From: a virus
Virus record (IMG/VR): IMGVR_UViG_3300049827_000246
Location: 4,566 to 68,565 of that record
DNA: 64,000 nt
Direction: 5' to 3' (one strand)
Shown here piece after piece: positions 21,484 through 31,932 of the stretch (the stretch's first letter is position 1; every line of letters begins with the position of its first letter). The translations under genes were made by a program, and so were the position numbers. Under the pieces are notes generated by a model that did not search any database, was not told where the DNA came from, and saw only the letters and a program-made list of their open reading frames with translations.

Positions 21484-21780
21484 TCATGTGATTACGAAGT
21501 TGTCGACACGACGTTGTTGCATCTGAGCGATTTTCAACAATATCAGATAGCCAATTGCGTCGTCGATAACATCCTCGTCCTCGTCTGACTGCTGGTTGCG
21601 AATCCGACTCAATTTATCATCGAGACGCACTTTAATTTGTTCGATAGGGTCGCTCTTGCTGAAGATGCGAACGGGGCTCAACGCGCTATCTCCGTACTTG
21701 CGGTTTTTCTCCAGAAGCAACTCCTTGATTGAATCACAAACAGTTGCAATATCGAGTTGAGTTTGAGCTAGCTTACTCAT
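21484..21780 (-). CDS. Nucleotide-modification-associated domain 1 (Nmad1/DUF1599-like, MazG fold)
   Basis: KNRKYGDS...IKVRLDDKLSRI...EDVIDDAIGY. Confidence 0.75.
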   Translation of the reverse strand: MSKLAQTQLDIATVCDSIKELLLEKNRKYGDSALSPVRIFSKSDPIEQIKVRLDDKLSRIRNQQSDEDEDVIDDAIGYLILLKIAQMQQRRVDNFVIT

Positions 21781-22235
21781 TAAAGTTTGCCTCCAACGAC
21801 TCCATCATAGGTTGGTGCATCTTCAGTAAACCCTTCTTGCTTTGCTTTCAGGTACCAGCGGGTTGCCCGCACACACTCTTCCTCAGTAAGAGACGTGATA
21901 ATCTCTTTGCCATCGCGATCAAATGACCTCCAAGTGCCCCAGCGTGCCTTGTCAACCGTAAAGCACCCGTCAATCAAGACGGTATCGTCAACGTCCAATT
22001 TTTCAACTTTGATGGTTTTAGTTTTCATCGTAAGCAGCAGCTCGGGCTTCCATTTCTTGTGCCATTGCTTGAATGGTGGGGACATTCAAAGTTTCGATAC
22101 CTTTATCAAGCATGGTATCTGCGATTTGGTTGAGATACATTCCGATGGCCTTCAGGCACTCTTTCTCCACAGCTCTTTGCACAGCCGCTTCTTGAGCCTC
22201 GGATGGTTGCTCATTGATGTAGCTTAGATCCAGTG

Positions 22236-22709
22236 TCATTTATAGAAATCTAAAAGAAGTACGTAGCGGTCCGAATCAGTATAGTTCCAGGCCTCGTGCA
22301 GTAACCGATCGTTGAAAATAAATGCCTTGCCTTCTTGCCACTGGTGCACGGTATCTTCAACTTTTAGGGCACAGTCCCCTCTGGGAACAACCAGCCCAAG
22401 ATGACATCTAAGGACTTCATCCGTATACCCTTTGTGCGGCTTGATGTGAGCACCTACCCCAAGCTTAGAAAAACCGGCCGTGCGCAGATTCGGTATTTGC
22501 TTCAGTGTGTCTACAGTGTTGGGACACCTTGTTGCGTTCTCAGTAATGAGGCAACCCTGCAAGTCCCATAAGCCGAAAACATCCCACTTGCCGTCATAAA
22601 TTGACTCTGGCCACCTCACGTAGTCAATGGCGCCAAGGCACTCTTCCCGAATCGCTAACCAGTTTTCTTCCAGCAGCCTAATCGTGCTGGCGCCAATCAT
22701 CTCCGTCAT
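22236..22709 (-). CDS. Aspartyl/asparaginyl beta-hydroxylase-family 2OG oxygenase
   Basis: AGFSKL...HIKPHKG...LRCHLGL...WQEGKAFIFNDRLLHEAWN...RYVLLLDF. Confidence 0.88.
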   Translation of the reverse strand: MTEMIGASTIRLLEENWLAIREECLGAIDYVRWPESIYDGKWDVFGLWDLQGCLITENATRCPNTVDTLKQIPNLRTAGFSKLGVGAHIKPHKGYTDEVLRCHLGLVVPRGDCALKVEDTVHQWQEGKAFIFNDRLLHEAWNYTDSDRYVLLLDFYK

Positions 22710-23024
22710 CTCGTTTGAACCAGTTTGCTAGGTCGATAGGGTTTTGGGGGCCGATTAAATGGTCTGAAGGGTCCGGAAAGCCTAAATCCAGACCATCCAT
22801 AAGTTCGTCAATAGAACCCTCGGCAGGCGCTCCATTGATTGCACGGCGGCGTGCCTTTCGAAGTATAGCAGCCGCCGAGCGATTGTGTTCGCTCCACTTC
22901 TGTGCCCACTGCATTTCCTCAAAGGTTACGTTGAGGCCACCTGCGATTCGGGCGGCAATGTCTTCAAGGCGTAGGCGAGTGGAGGTTGATAACATTTTGG
23001 TTTCCCAAGTGAATAAGTTTTACC

Positions 23025-24630
23025 TTACTGAGATTCAAGCTCGGTGGCAATAGCCAAGAGGGCGAATCGAGCTTGCTGCTCAGCGTTCCAAGCGTGCCAT
23101 GCAACTGTTGGCCGCTGAGTATCAAGCTCAGGCGGGAGCTGTAGTGGCACCACCTGATCCGCAGCAGCACGCAGGGCGGCCGCCACTCCATGAACCTCTT
23201 GGGCCGTTACTTCCCATTCGGAGTGTTCCAGGAATGCGGACCATACTGCCAACGCAGCAGGGGAAAGTGGGGTGGGGTCAGTCATTGAGTTGCTCCAGGG
23301 CGCGGCGGATGGTTGGCAATGCGTCAGAAATAGTGATGCAGTCACCCCTCATTATCGCGTCGTCAAGCGCTGCCAACGCCTGCTCCTTCAAACTCGGCGG
23401 CTTGGGGCGGCGGGCAGCGCGGATGTAGCGAGCAAAGTCATAAGCATCCTCACCAGCGTCAATTTCAACCAGCCTTAGGCACGCCTCCAGCTCCTGGTCG
23501 GCGCCCCATTGGGCGGCTTTGGCGCAAACAGAAAAGAACCAGCGTGGGGAGGATTTGATTTCTTCTCCGTCTTCATAGCACCATTTGCTCATCAGCTCCG
23601 GCGGTGGGGTGATGGGATGTTGTTGTGTCATGGGTGATTAGTGGTAATGACTACTCGTGATCTGGGAGTTGTTCAAGGGCGCGGCGAATTAGTATTTCTT
23701 GAGTTGATGGTCCGCCGTAACTATCCTCGATCTCGTTTAGGGCGGCAAGTGCCTGCTCCTTCAAACTCGGCGGCTTGGGGCGGCGGGCAGCGCGGAGTTT
23801 TTCTGCATCCCAAGGTGTTGCCTTTGGAATCCACTCACAGCACGCCTCAAGCTCCTGGTCAGCGCCCCAGCGGGCGGCTGCAGCAAAAACCTCAGTGTCA
23901 GTGTGCTGCTCAAGCATGTGTGCCCACTCCTGCACCAGCTCCGGCGGTGGGGTGATTGGGTGGCTGTTGTTAGTCATGGTTACAGGTGGCAAGGTTCTTC
24001 ACAAGGCTGAATGGTCTCAACGATCTCCCCCTGTTCGAGGAACTGAGTGAGGCAGATGCCAGGACCGATCTCCACTCGCCCGACGATGACCGTCTGGAGT
24101 TTGGGCGTTGATTGGCACCGGCACCACCTGATCCGCAGCAGCACGCAGGGCGGCGGCGAGGGCCTCACGCTCCGGGTCGTGAGTTAGGCAGGTCACGTCG
24201 GGACTGAGCTTTTCCTCCCAGGCATCCAGAACTGCTTGAGCAGCGGGTGAAAGTTCAGACATAGAAGTGTTGTTGACTAATCGGGCAGGGATTCAAGAGC
24301 GCGGCGGATCAGAGCGTGTTGATCTGCAGTGATGACGGTTGCAACGATTGGATGATCAGCGCCGTCTGCGGATGCAAGCGCCTCCAGCGCCTGCTCCTTC
24401 AAGCTCGGCGGCTTGGGGCGGCGATGACGGCGTAGATCGTCTCCACTCCACGGGGGTAGCTTAGGAAGCCACGCACAGCACGCCTCCAGCTCCTGGTCGG
24501 CGCCCCATTGAGCAGCACAGGTGGCAATGTGGCACTCGTAGGCATTGTTGACGGCAGCGTCTGCAGGGGCACTCCTTCGCCACTGCTGCACCAGCTCCGG
24601 CGATGGGGTGATGGGGTGTTGTTGTGTCAT
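23025..24630 (-). repeat. GC-rich array of paralogous small ORFs: three HPITPPPEL..WGADQELEAC..PKPPSLKEQALAAL and two LSPAA..AAALRAAADQVVP
   Basis: ORFs 23278-23631, 23651-23977, 24277-24630 and 23025-23285, 24017-24262. Identical 46 bp at 23378-23423 and 23751-23796; identical 35 bp at 23146-23180 and 24120-24154. Confidence 0.9.
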
Positions 24631-24650
24631 GGTTGTTTCTAACTGCAATC

Positions 24651-24695
24651 AATATAGCGTGTTTGGGGCGGCAAGTAAAGTAGGGGAAACCGCCC
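24651..24695 (-). promoter_or_regulatory. Sigma70-like promoter with palindromic box
   Basis: GGGCGGTTTCCCCTAC-TTTACT...TATATT, heading the paralog array. Confidence 0.65.
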
Positions 24696-25049
24696 TATGC
24701 GCTTCGTCCGGTAGTTGCTTCGCAACATTTTATTCTGGTCGGTGCTTCGCACCTCCCTGCGACTTTTCTCACAAATTCCGGAGGCGGCGAAGCCGCCCAA
24801 TAAGTAAATGCCCCGCAAGGGGCAGCAAGGCAACACGCTAGGGCACTCAGTCACTACATGCCTCCTCTCTAAGTTCAGTTGTAATCCAATCAATCTGAGG
24901 ACCAAACTCCTCCTCCAACCATATCGCCACTTCTCGAATCGCAGCGCGTGCTTCCGGTTGGCCAGCACTCATGAAAACAGAACCGTTTGAGCGGACGTAT
25001 TCATCGTAAATCGCGTGTTGAACCCGATTCACTAACGAGTCGTAGTCAC

Positions 25050-25670
25050 TCATTGTCCCGAACCCTCACCTGTCAACCAGTTGTAAGTGTCACGGAAGAC
25101 CTCCCATTTGGCGTCATCGTCGGGGCCGGGTGCGCTCCCATGTTTTGCAATGTACGCTTTCAAAGCAGGCGACAACTCGTATTTCACGCAATAGTCATCG
25201 TAGAGCGTGGTGATTTTTTCCACAATGCCTTCAAACAAAGTTACATCAACAAGGATATTTTCCTTGAGGCTAGGGTGATGCTCCTGAATCGTGTCCAGAC
25301 ACTCATTCAGGAACCCAATCTCATCTTCCGTAAACATACAAGCAATCTCACCTTGCTCGTAACTTGCCGTAAGGCAATCTTCCAACTCGTCATCATTCAT
25401 GATGGGGCCAACGCTCAACATGTAATCTGCCACTTTTTTAGATTGCTCCTTGATGTTTCCTTTAAGTTCGTTGATGCCCTTGGACAGGTAACCGTAATCA
25501 CGAACCTCGGTTATGGGTTTTTCCTCGCCACAGACGTCGCAGGTTCCGTTCCAGACGGAAGAGCATCCGACGGAATACTTGCCGTATTTGTGGCCGCACT
25601 CGCGGCAAACAACGTCGGCTTGCGTCAGCCGAGTTAGAAGGTTGTCAGAAAGTTGTTTCATGGTAGTCAT
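25050..25670 (-). CDS. Hypothetical protein with N-terminal zinc finger
   Basis: CRECG...CDVCG. Confidence 0.65.
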   Translation of the reverse strand: MTTMKQLSDNLLTRLTQADVVCRECGHKYGKYSVGCSSVWNGTCDVCGEEKPITEVRDYGYLSKGINELKGNIKEQSKKVADYMLSVGPIMNDDELEDCLTASYEQGEIACMFTEDEIGFLNECLDTIQEHHPSLKENILVDVTLFEGIVEKITTLYDDYCVKYELSPALKAYIAKHGSAPGPDDDAKWEVFRDTYNWLTGEGSGQ

Positions 25671-25882
25671 TCGGGCAGAAAGAACTCAAGGTAGTTGGCA
25701 ACGGCACGAACTTTCTGTGCGTCGTCGTAGAGGACCTCACCGTAGGTGGTGCCACTCGCTTTCTCAGCGGTCTCAAGGCGGTCTCTCACGGTCGCGTAGA
25801 GAGCGTCGATGATAATCTCCCAGTCGTCGCGACAGAGAGTGAAGGTGTGAAGGTCGTCGGGGTTGTTTGTATCCATGACACT

Positions 25883-25949
25883 ATCATAGCTTGAAACCGG
25901 CCTCTGGTAAAGCCGGCAAACCGTCAGTCTAGGTACGGGAAACCGTCCT
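25883..25949 (-). promoter_or_regulatory. Promoter with two tandem palindromic boxes
   Basis: Same layout as 18040-18107; TTTACC...TATGAT with ATG 7 nt downstream. Confidence 0.65.
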
Positions 25950-27632
25950 ACGCTGCATTTGTATTTGGAACTGGATCCCCTTTTCCTTTCAGGGACTCAA
26001 CAAGGAGCAAGGCAAACTTCTCCTGAGCGTAAGGGTCGTACGCCATCAAGTTGGAGTTGAGTTCTTTCCTCAAAGCGTCCATCTTTTCCCACTCGTCTTG
26101 GTTCATGGGGTGTCCCCTCAATACACATCGTTTGGTTCGAACGCGGAATTTCCTTTACCAGACCACTCAACCAGACTATCGCCTAACCGTAAAGCCTCGT
26201 AGGGGTCAAGCAGAATTTCCTCAAAATCACCCCACTTGGACTTTCGCCCAAGAATATATCTCACAGCGTGGCGGACACGTTTCCAGAAAGGCAACGAGGA
26301 CAGATGCACTTCAATGAACACGTCTTCCTCGTCAGAAGAGACAACGAATGAGTGCTCAATGCTGTAACATCGGCAAGTGAACAGTGTGCGTTTCATACGA
26401 TCCGTGCTTGCAGTTTGTCCAACTTCATGAGGAGTTGGTTCATTCGTTGAGCCTCATCTTGAGCCTCCTGGAGTTGCCCCCTTGTCACGTAAGTGGCAAT
26501 CGTTTGAGAGTGTTTTGCTCTGTAGATGTCTGCAAAAGACTCAACGCACTGCGAAAGAACAAGCCACTCGTCATTTGTGAGTGTGACCGAGCGGCTTATT
26601 TCTTCCTGTGGACTTTCGGTGATTACGATAATTTGCATTGTTTAGAGGCGCCACTCGCATGTCTTTGGCGATACGGATTTGATTTCACGAATGAGCGCAA
26701 TCTCATTCTTTTTCGGTAGGTCGTTGGCGACGACACGGGCTATTAAGGTGTTTGCTTGCCCACAGGTCAAAAAGACCATTACGGGGAGCAACATGGTAAA
26801 GTTTGCGTTTCCACACTTTAATTTACCTGTTTTTGATTTCCTTAAGAATCTCCTTCGCCAGTTTCATTGAGTTTCTTTTCACTTCGTAACGAACCCACGG
26901 ACTGCTAGGATGATGGCGAGTCATAAACCATGCTCGCCGTGCCTCCATTACAATCCGTTTGGACTGCAACACCAACCAGTCGTAAACATTCGGGTCTCGC
27001 ACTACAATGTACAAGATAATTGCCCCGGTAGAGAACCAGGTTAGTGTTGCTAGGTTACCCATCGGTTTGTCACATTAAACGGCTTTTGTCAGCGTACATT
27101 TTGCTTGTAAAGGTTGTTAAGGAACAGGAAACCCTCAATCTTTGAGAATACTTCGACGGGCATCCAGTGACTGAGAAAGCAAGTTGCCAACCACCAGCGA
27201 CCGTCCGCAGTCTTGTAAACCTTGCCAATAAGTTGCATGCTTTTGGCACACTTGTAGGTTACAATAGATGGATAGTTCTCATCGATAAGTATTGGAGACT
27301 GATACTCCACGGGATCACCGTACTCGACGTATGTCCTCCCAGTAGGGAGACGCTGGACGCGCATTTGGTTTTACCTCAGTAGATTGTAAAGTAGCACGGC
27401 GCCGCTTTAGGATTTCCCAGAGTCCGGCCTTGAGTCGAGGGTCGGTTGTAGTATTATAGGCCTCCACGAGGCGAGTAAATGCCTCATTCCTTTCAGGAAC
27501 CTTTAGGTTTTCCTTATTGAGAATCTCCTTGGTAAGGTCAAGATCGCCAGGTTTGCCTTGGACCTTGTTGCGGCCGAAGTTGCCGGTCGGCCTGCCAGTG
27601 GTGCGTAGTCCGTGTGTGCTTTTCATGTATGT

Positions 27633-27677
27633 ATCATAGGTCCACAGGGCACCGGCGTAAAGGACGGGTTACCGTAC
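27633..27677 (-). promoter_or_regulatory. Sigma70-like promoter with palindromic box
   Basis: GTACGGTAACCCGTCC-TTTACG...TATGAT with ATG 7 nt downstream. Confidence 0.65.
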
Positions 27678-27816
27678 CCGCTCCACCAACGCGAGCACAC
27701 CGTGAGCGTAGAATCCCAGAAGAGCAGAACCTATACATGCGCTGATTAAAGTGGCTGTTTTGTTATGCCGATCGATCGCTTTGTCGATCATTGCTTTGAC
27801 TTCCTCGCGGTCTTGC

Positions 27817-28332
27817 TCAGTCATTGGTTTTGATGTAGTTGAGATTGATTAACACTCGACTTTTCTGGTCGGTACAATTGCATCCGGTATGCCTTGTATT
27901 CCCCGGAAATGTAACCAATCGGTTGGCAACGCTTTCGACTCTTGTTCCGTCTTCGAACAGAGTGTAGCCGTTGTTAGAGTTGAGGTAGTAGATTGAAGTC
28001 CAGAAGGGAATACCCCTCATTCCCTCCATATCAACGTGGAATGAGTTCTCTCTCTGCTCAGGCTGCCAGGGGTTGAGGTTGGCCTTGATTCGCAACCACG
28101 CAATAGGGTTGATCTTTGCAGCAAGGGGCCAAATAACCGATTGCCCTGAGTTAATCCACCCGTCTCTGCGATCAAAGAAACCGTAAATAAACTGACTCTT
28201 TGAGGGATCGCCCCTGTCGTCAGGGCCATCAATCACGGTGTTGAAGTACCACGGCCACGCACTCCCCATGAGGTGAGTTTGAATCTTTTGAAAGTGTTCC
28301 TGCGGTAGACAGTTGTCGGTGACCTCAATCAT
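27817..28332 (-). CDS. Cyanophage-type 2OG-Fe(II) oxygenase
   Basis: RIKANL...FHVD...IYYLNSNNGYTLF...NRLVTF...H...RVLINLNY. Confidence 0.85.
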   Translation of the reverse strand: MIEVTDNCLPQEHFQKIQTHLMGSAWPWYFNTVIDGPDDRGDPSKSQFIYGFFDRRDGWINSGQSVIWPLAAKINPIAWLRIKANLNPWQPEQRENSFHVDMEGMRGIPFWTSIYYLNSNNGYTLFEDGTRVESVANRLVTFPGNTRHTGCNCTDQKSRVLINLNYIKTND

Positions 28333-28990
28333 TCAGGAAATACCGAGTGATTTTGTTTTCGACCCCTTGGATTAAGAAATGAGGGTCTCTGTCTGTCTCA
28401 GTCAAGTCATACCCATAGTCTCTCGGAAGTAGTTTCTTCGCTTTCCGTAGGTCCCCCAGAATGTCTCTCCACCGTGCATCCTGAATCAGGGAGGTGGTCC
28501 AGAATACAACGGCGTAACGAACTCCCTTTGTAACTTCTTTTACGCAGTGGGGAATTCCAGTGTCGTAGGTGACAGCATGTCCGGGTGGCAACGCAATCAG
28601 TCTCTCCTCTCCACCAAGAAGCATTGCGAGTTGCCCACCCTCGTAAGTTGTAGGGTCTGACAAGAAAATGGTCGTAGAGAAGTTTCCGTTGCTGGGAGCA
28701 TCATGATGAATCTTAAACCCCTGTCCAACCTCGGTCTTTGAGACGATAATGCCTGTGCTATGCTTCGGGAAGACCCGGTCTCGAAACCCGTCGTCACGGT
28801 TGATCGCGTTGAATGTAATCTCAGTGATGCGGTTACGCCCTGCGCCTGCCACCATCTCAGAGTTCTTCTGGTGAGCGTCAAGGTACACATTGCTCACAGA
28901 TGCGTGGCGTTCCCACTCTGAGGCCGAGATGATTTGATGGATCTCGTTGAGTTCTTCTGCTGTCAGGAGAGGTCGTGTGTAGAGTTGCAT
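28325..28990 (-). CDS. PKHD-type (PiuC/YbiX-like) 2OG-Fe(II) hydroxylase
   Basis: HHD, STTIFLSDPTTYEGGQL, HCVKEVTKGVRYAVVFW..SLIQD..R. Confidence 0.85.
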   Translation of the reverse strand: MQLYTRPLLTAEELNEIHQIISASEWERHASVSNVYLDAHQKNSEMVAGAGRNRITEITFNAINRDDGFRDRVFPKHSTGIIVSKTEVGQGFKIHHDAPSNGNFSTTIFLSDPTTYEGGQLAMLLGGEERLIALPPGHAVTYDTGIPHCVKEVTKGVRYAVVFWTTSLIQDARWRDILGDLRKAKKLLPRDYGYDLTETDRDPHFLIQGVENKITRYFLND

Positions 28991-29006
28991 TTGAGTTGTT
29001 TAGTGA

Positions 29007-29079
29007 TGCTCCCAGACGGATTCGAACCGCCGACTGCCTGAATGTAAGTCAGGAACTCTAGCCGCTGAGTTATGGGAGC
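29007..29079 (-). tRNA. tRNA-Val(UAC)
   Basis: GCTCCCA/TGGGAGC acceptor, CCTGA-CTTACAT-TCAGG, TTCGAAT. Confidence 0.92.
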
Positions 29080-29135
29080 GGAGGCCCGTAACGTGGGCCA
29101 AGCGTTCACACGGAAGGGGATTTAGCGATTAGCAA

Positions 29136-29597
29136 TCAGAAGCGGTAGGCAACGCCCACGGTCGGCACGTAGCTGGTGTCGCCACCGAAACCAACTTTGA
29201 AGTCGGCAAACAGAACCACGTTCTGAGCCACAGCGCCTTCGGCACCCACATTCACGTAACCTACCACCTCGTCAGTGGTGTTCAGGGCAGTACCCTCACC
29301 GAAACCAGCACCGCCGCCAGCGTAAATATTCACGCCATTGGCAACGCCGAGATCGTAGGACACACCAAGCGAACCGCCGGTCACGTCACCGATGGTCACG
29401 GTTGGTCGAACCGACACAGGCACGGTCGAACCGAAATCACGGGAATCCACGCGACCAGTGATGGCCACAGTGGTGTCAGCGTCGTCGGCACCAATGGCAG
29501 CACCTACGCCAGCGTAGGAACCTTCCAGACCGCCGGCAAAAGCGGGAGCGGCCAGGGAGCCAGCGATAGTGCCGGCAATCAGAAAAGACTTAATCAT
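29136..29597 (-). CDS. Small outer-membrane beta-barrel protein
   Basis: Signal peptide ending APAFA, alternating Gly/aromatic strands, C-terminal VGVAYRF BAM-type signal. Confidence 0.8.
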   Translation of the reverse strand: MIKSFLIAGTIAGSLAAPAFAGGLEGSYAGVGAAIGADDADTTVAITGRVDSRDFGSTVPVSVRPTVTIGDVTGGSLGVSYDLGVANGVNIYAGGGAGFGEGTALNTTDEVVGYVNVGAEGAVAQNVVLFADFKVGFGGDTSYVPTVGVAYRF

Positions 29598-29639
29598 TTT
29601 GTTAGTCTGTATACAGCGCCCGTTAGAGTATCGGGCGAG

Positions 29640-29713
29640 AGCGGGCGAGGGGTGACGATCCCCTTACCTCCGATTTGGAAGAACGGCGCTCTACCAACGT
29701 GAGCTACGCCCGC
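29640..29713 (-). tRNA. tRNA-Gly(UCC)
   Basis: GCGGGCG/CGCCCGC acceptor with U73, loop CTTCCAA; atypical T-loop ATCGTCA. Confidence 0.85.
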
Positions 29714-29717
29714 AAGG

Positions 29718-29789
29718 AGCTTGGCCAGGGAAATCGAACCCTGCTCTATGGTTTACAAAACCATTGCATCGCCTCAATGCTTGCCAAGC
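29718..29789 (-). tRNA. tRNA-Thr(UGU)
   Basis: GCTTGGC/GCCAAGC acceptor, ATGGT-TTTGTAA-ACCAT, TTCGATT. Confidence 0.88.
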
Positions 29790-29810
29790 GAACACATTCA
29801 GTATAGGCGG

Positions 29811-30488
29811 TCAGGAGTCCGGTAAACCTCTTTTCTTTTGATTCATCTTTGCCATGAATAACCGTCCAGGCACAAAACCCTCAGGCTCACCTCCGGGGAT
29901 AAATCTTTTATCTATTTCCCCGTTGTTGTACCACTTAGTACCTTTCGAGGGGCAACCGAGACGATTCCTTTCGGAAAGGTCAGGCCGAGGTTTGCCATAC
30001 ATTGGATTTAATTCCCCCGTCAGACGTAACCCGAAAAAGTGATTTTCTTCTCCAGTGTATTTCCCTTTTCTGTTTTGTTTTAACTTTTGAACGTGCTCTG
30101 CGGAAAGGACTTTCCCAGTCATATGATTGTCAGGCCCCGCTAGCTTCACGCCATACATTGGATTGCCCTCTCCTGACATACTTTCGCTTTTCTTTCTTCG
30201 CCATTCTTCGTCGGGGATCCATCCTGACACACCTTCACCACCATTGGTCATATTGCGAAGAAGTCCTGTTCCTAAGTCCTTACGACCATAAAACAGGATG
30301 AGTTTTTCCTCGTAATCAAACGCAGTTTGCTCGGAGAGGCCTGTGTGTAGAAGAAGTATGCGATTCCTGTTGGCTGGGGGTCTTACACCTTTCTTACGTT
30401 TCCCGTAGGCACGCTTGCGGGAGCCTTTGCCAATATAGTAAAAGGTGCCGTCTTCACGGCAGTATGCGTAAACAACAAAGTTGTTCAT
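29811..30488 (-). CDS. GIY-YIG homing endonuclease with NUMOD3 repeats
   Basis: VVYAY...YYIGKG, E.KLI..YG, LRNMTNGGEG, repeated GExNPMYG motifs. Confidence 0.88.
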   Translation of the reverse strand: MNNFVVYAYCREDGTFYYIGKGSRKRAYGKRKKGVRPPANRNRILLLHTGLSEQTAFDYEEKLILFYGRKDLGTGLLRNMTNGGEGVSGWIPDEEWRRKKSESMSGEGNPMYGVKLAGPDNHMTGKVLSAEHVQKLKQNRKGKYTGEENHFFGLRLTGELNPMYGKPRPDLSERNRLGCPSKGTKWYNNGEIDKRFIPGGEPEGFVPGRLFMAKMNQKKRGLPDS

Positions 30489-30575
30489 GATATTCTTTTG
30501 TAGTGCTTTTAGGGGCAAGTGAGAGCACTACCAACTCACTCACCCCACAGGGTTATACCCTAAACTGGTTTACGT

Positions 30576-30941
30576 CTATGCGATGCACACGTTGATTACA
30601 CCACGAGAGGGGTTTGCCAGAGCAGCGAATGCTCCATAAGACAAGTCAAGAATTCGACCACCGGCATAAGGACCCCTGTCTGTGATTTTTACTCGGATTG
30701 TTTTTCCGTTGTGCGTCACGTTTACATAGGAGTTCAGTCGCAGATAGGGATGCGCGGCAGTCATGGCGTAAGGGTTCATTGGTTGCCCATTGGCCATAGT
30801 CTTCCAGGCGTAGTTATCCCCGATACCGTAGTGCGAAGATTGCCCGCAGGATGCTTGCGCTGGTTGTGCAGCAAAGAGGGACAATCCGGGCAGAATCAGA
30901 GAAGCTGCGATGAACTTTTTCAGCTTAGAGAAAGCAAGCAT
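30576..30941 (-). CDS. rlpA: RlpA-family lytic transglycosylase (DPBB domain) with signal peptide
   Basis: MANG...AMTAAHP...V.ITDRGPYAGGRILDLSYGAF. Confidence 0.88.
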   Translation of the reverse strand: MLAFSKLKKFIAASLILPGLSLFAAQPAQASCGQSSHYGIGDNYAWKTMANGQPMNPYAMTAAHPYLRLNSYVNVTHNGKTIRVKITDRGPYAGGRILDLSYGAFAALANPSRGVINVCIA

Positions 30942-31230
30942 TAAAACAAATAGAATTCAGCATCCGAATAGCGAAAGGAGAAGTTCCCCGTTTCAGGGGC
31001 AGACGCCTCGGCACAATGAGTTTAAGAGTCAGTGTCAGACTCCGAGTTACCCCGTGCGGTGTGTTGCACGGCTGGCCTCATAAACCAGTCGGTGAAGGTA
31101 ACACTGCCAATATAGCAGAAAAGGAAAGGCGTAAACCTTTCCTAAAGGATTTGCCGTGTGGGCGTGAATCTAAATTGCGTCCATAAAGAAGTGCCCCACA
31201 GCGTCTTCCTTACCTTAGCAAACCACGGCA

Positions 31231-31304
31231 ATCGCGGGAAAGGGCATTGCACCCCTTGCTTCATGGCTATCTGCCATGCGTTCTTCTAGTGAAACTACCC
31301 ACGA
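31231..31304 (-). tRNA. Atypical tRNA-like element, nominal anticodon GAU
   Basis: TCGTGGG/CCCGCGA acceptor, CATGG-CAGATAG-CCATG arm lacking U33, T-loop TGCAATG. Confidence 0.55.
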
Positions 31305-31490
31305 GTGACCCCCAGGTTTGTGCGTCATCCGGCGTCCCGGAGCTAGGCATAGGGGGTGTTGTTGTGTGTTCTCAAACCGCAAGGTATGATTCGCCGCAAG
31401 GCTTTACACACGGATGAAGGCAGGTGCGGTCTAATCCTGTACGGTTCCCATGCTCCTTTTACTTTTCTTACCTTCGAGGTGAAGGCCCCA
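31305..31490 (-). ncRNA. Structured ncRNA, probably a manA-type RNA motif
   Basis: Non-coding and tRNA-adjacent. GTAAAAGGAGCATGG...ACCGCACCTGCC...ACCCCCTATGCCTAG...CACAAACCTGGGGGT resembles the cyanophage manA motif from memory; not searched. Confidence 0.5.
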
Positions 31491-31631
31491 TTTAACACGT
31501 GAGACGCCTCAAGGACGCACAGAGGTGGGGGCTCGTTGCTTTCAGCAGGGCTCGCAAGTTAAGAGTACGGTCCAAATCGGCGTCATTCCAACGGCAAGAC
31601 AGCCCTCAAGAAAGCACCACACGTTGACGCC

Positions 31632-31651
31632 TGTGTGTGTGTGTGTGTGTG
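31632..31651. repeat. (TG)10 microsatellite
   Basis: Read directly from the sequence. Confidence 0.95.
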
Positions 31652-31777
31652 GCCGTGGCGGGAACTTAACGACGTATTCCATACGACTCCGGTGTCTAGA
31701 ACGGAGAGATGCGATTGTAACCCCTTAACGTGCCGTCCCAATCGCAAAGACTTTCAGGGGTGCCACCGAAGTGGCAA

Positions 31778-31849
31778 CTGGCGCGGCAGGACTTGAACCT
31801 GCATCGAGCTACCTCATCGGCAGCCGTTCCTCCATTGAACTACACGCCA
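31778..31849 (-). tRNA. Atypical tRNA-like element, nominal anticodon AUG
   Basis: TGGCGTG/CGCGCCA acceptor, canonical D and T arms, anticodon loop CGATGAG (G33, A34). Confidence 0.65.
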
Positions 31850-31932
31850 AGGCACCAAGAGCCCCGAAGGGCTCCGGCTACTGCGGCCGTCCGGACTAAT
31901 CCCTTTCAGCTACATTTCCCTCAGAGAGGGAA

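Noticed and set aside
23025-24630. Diversity-generating retroelement template/variable repeats
   Set aside because: No reverse transcriptase in the window, and differences between copies are not adenine-specific.
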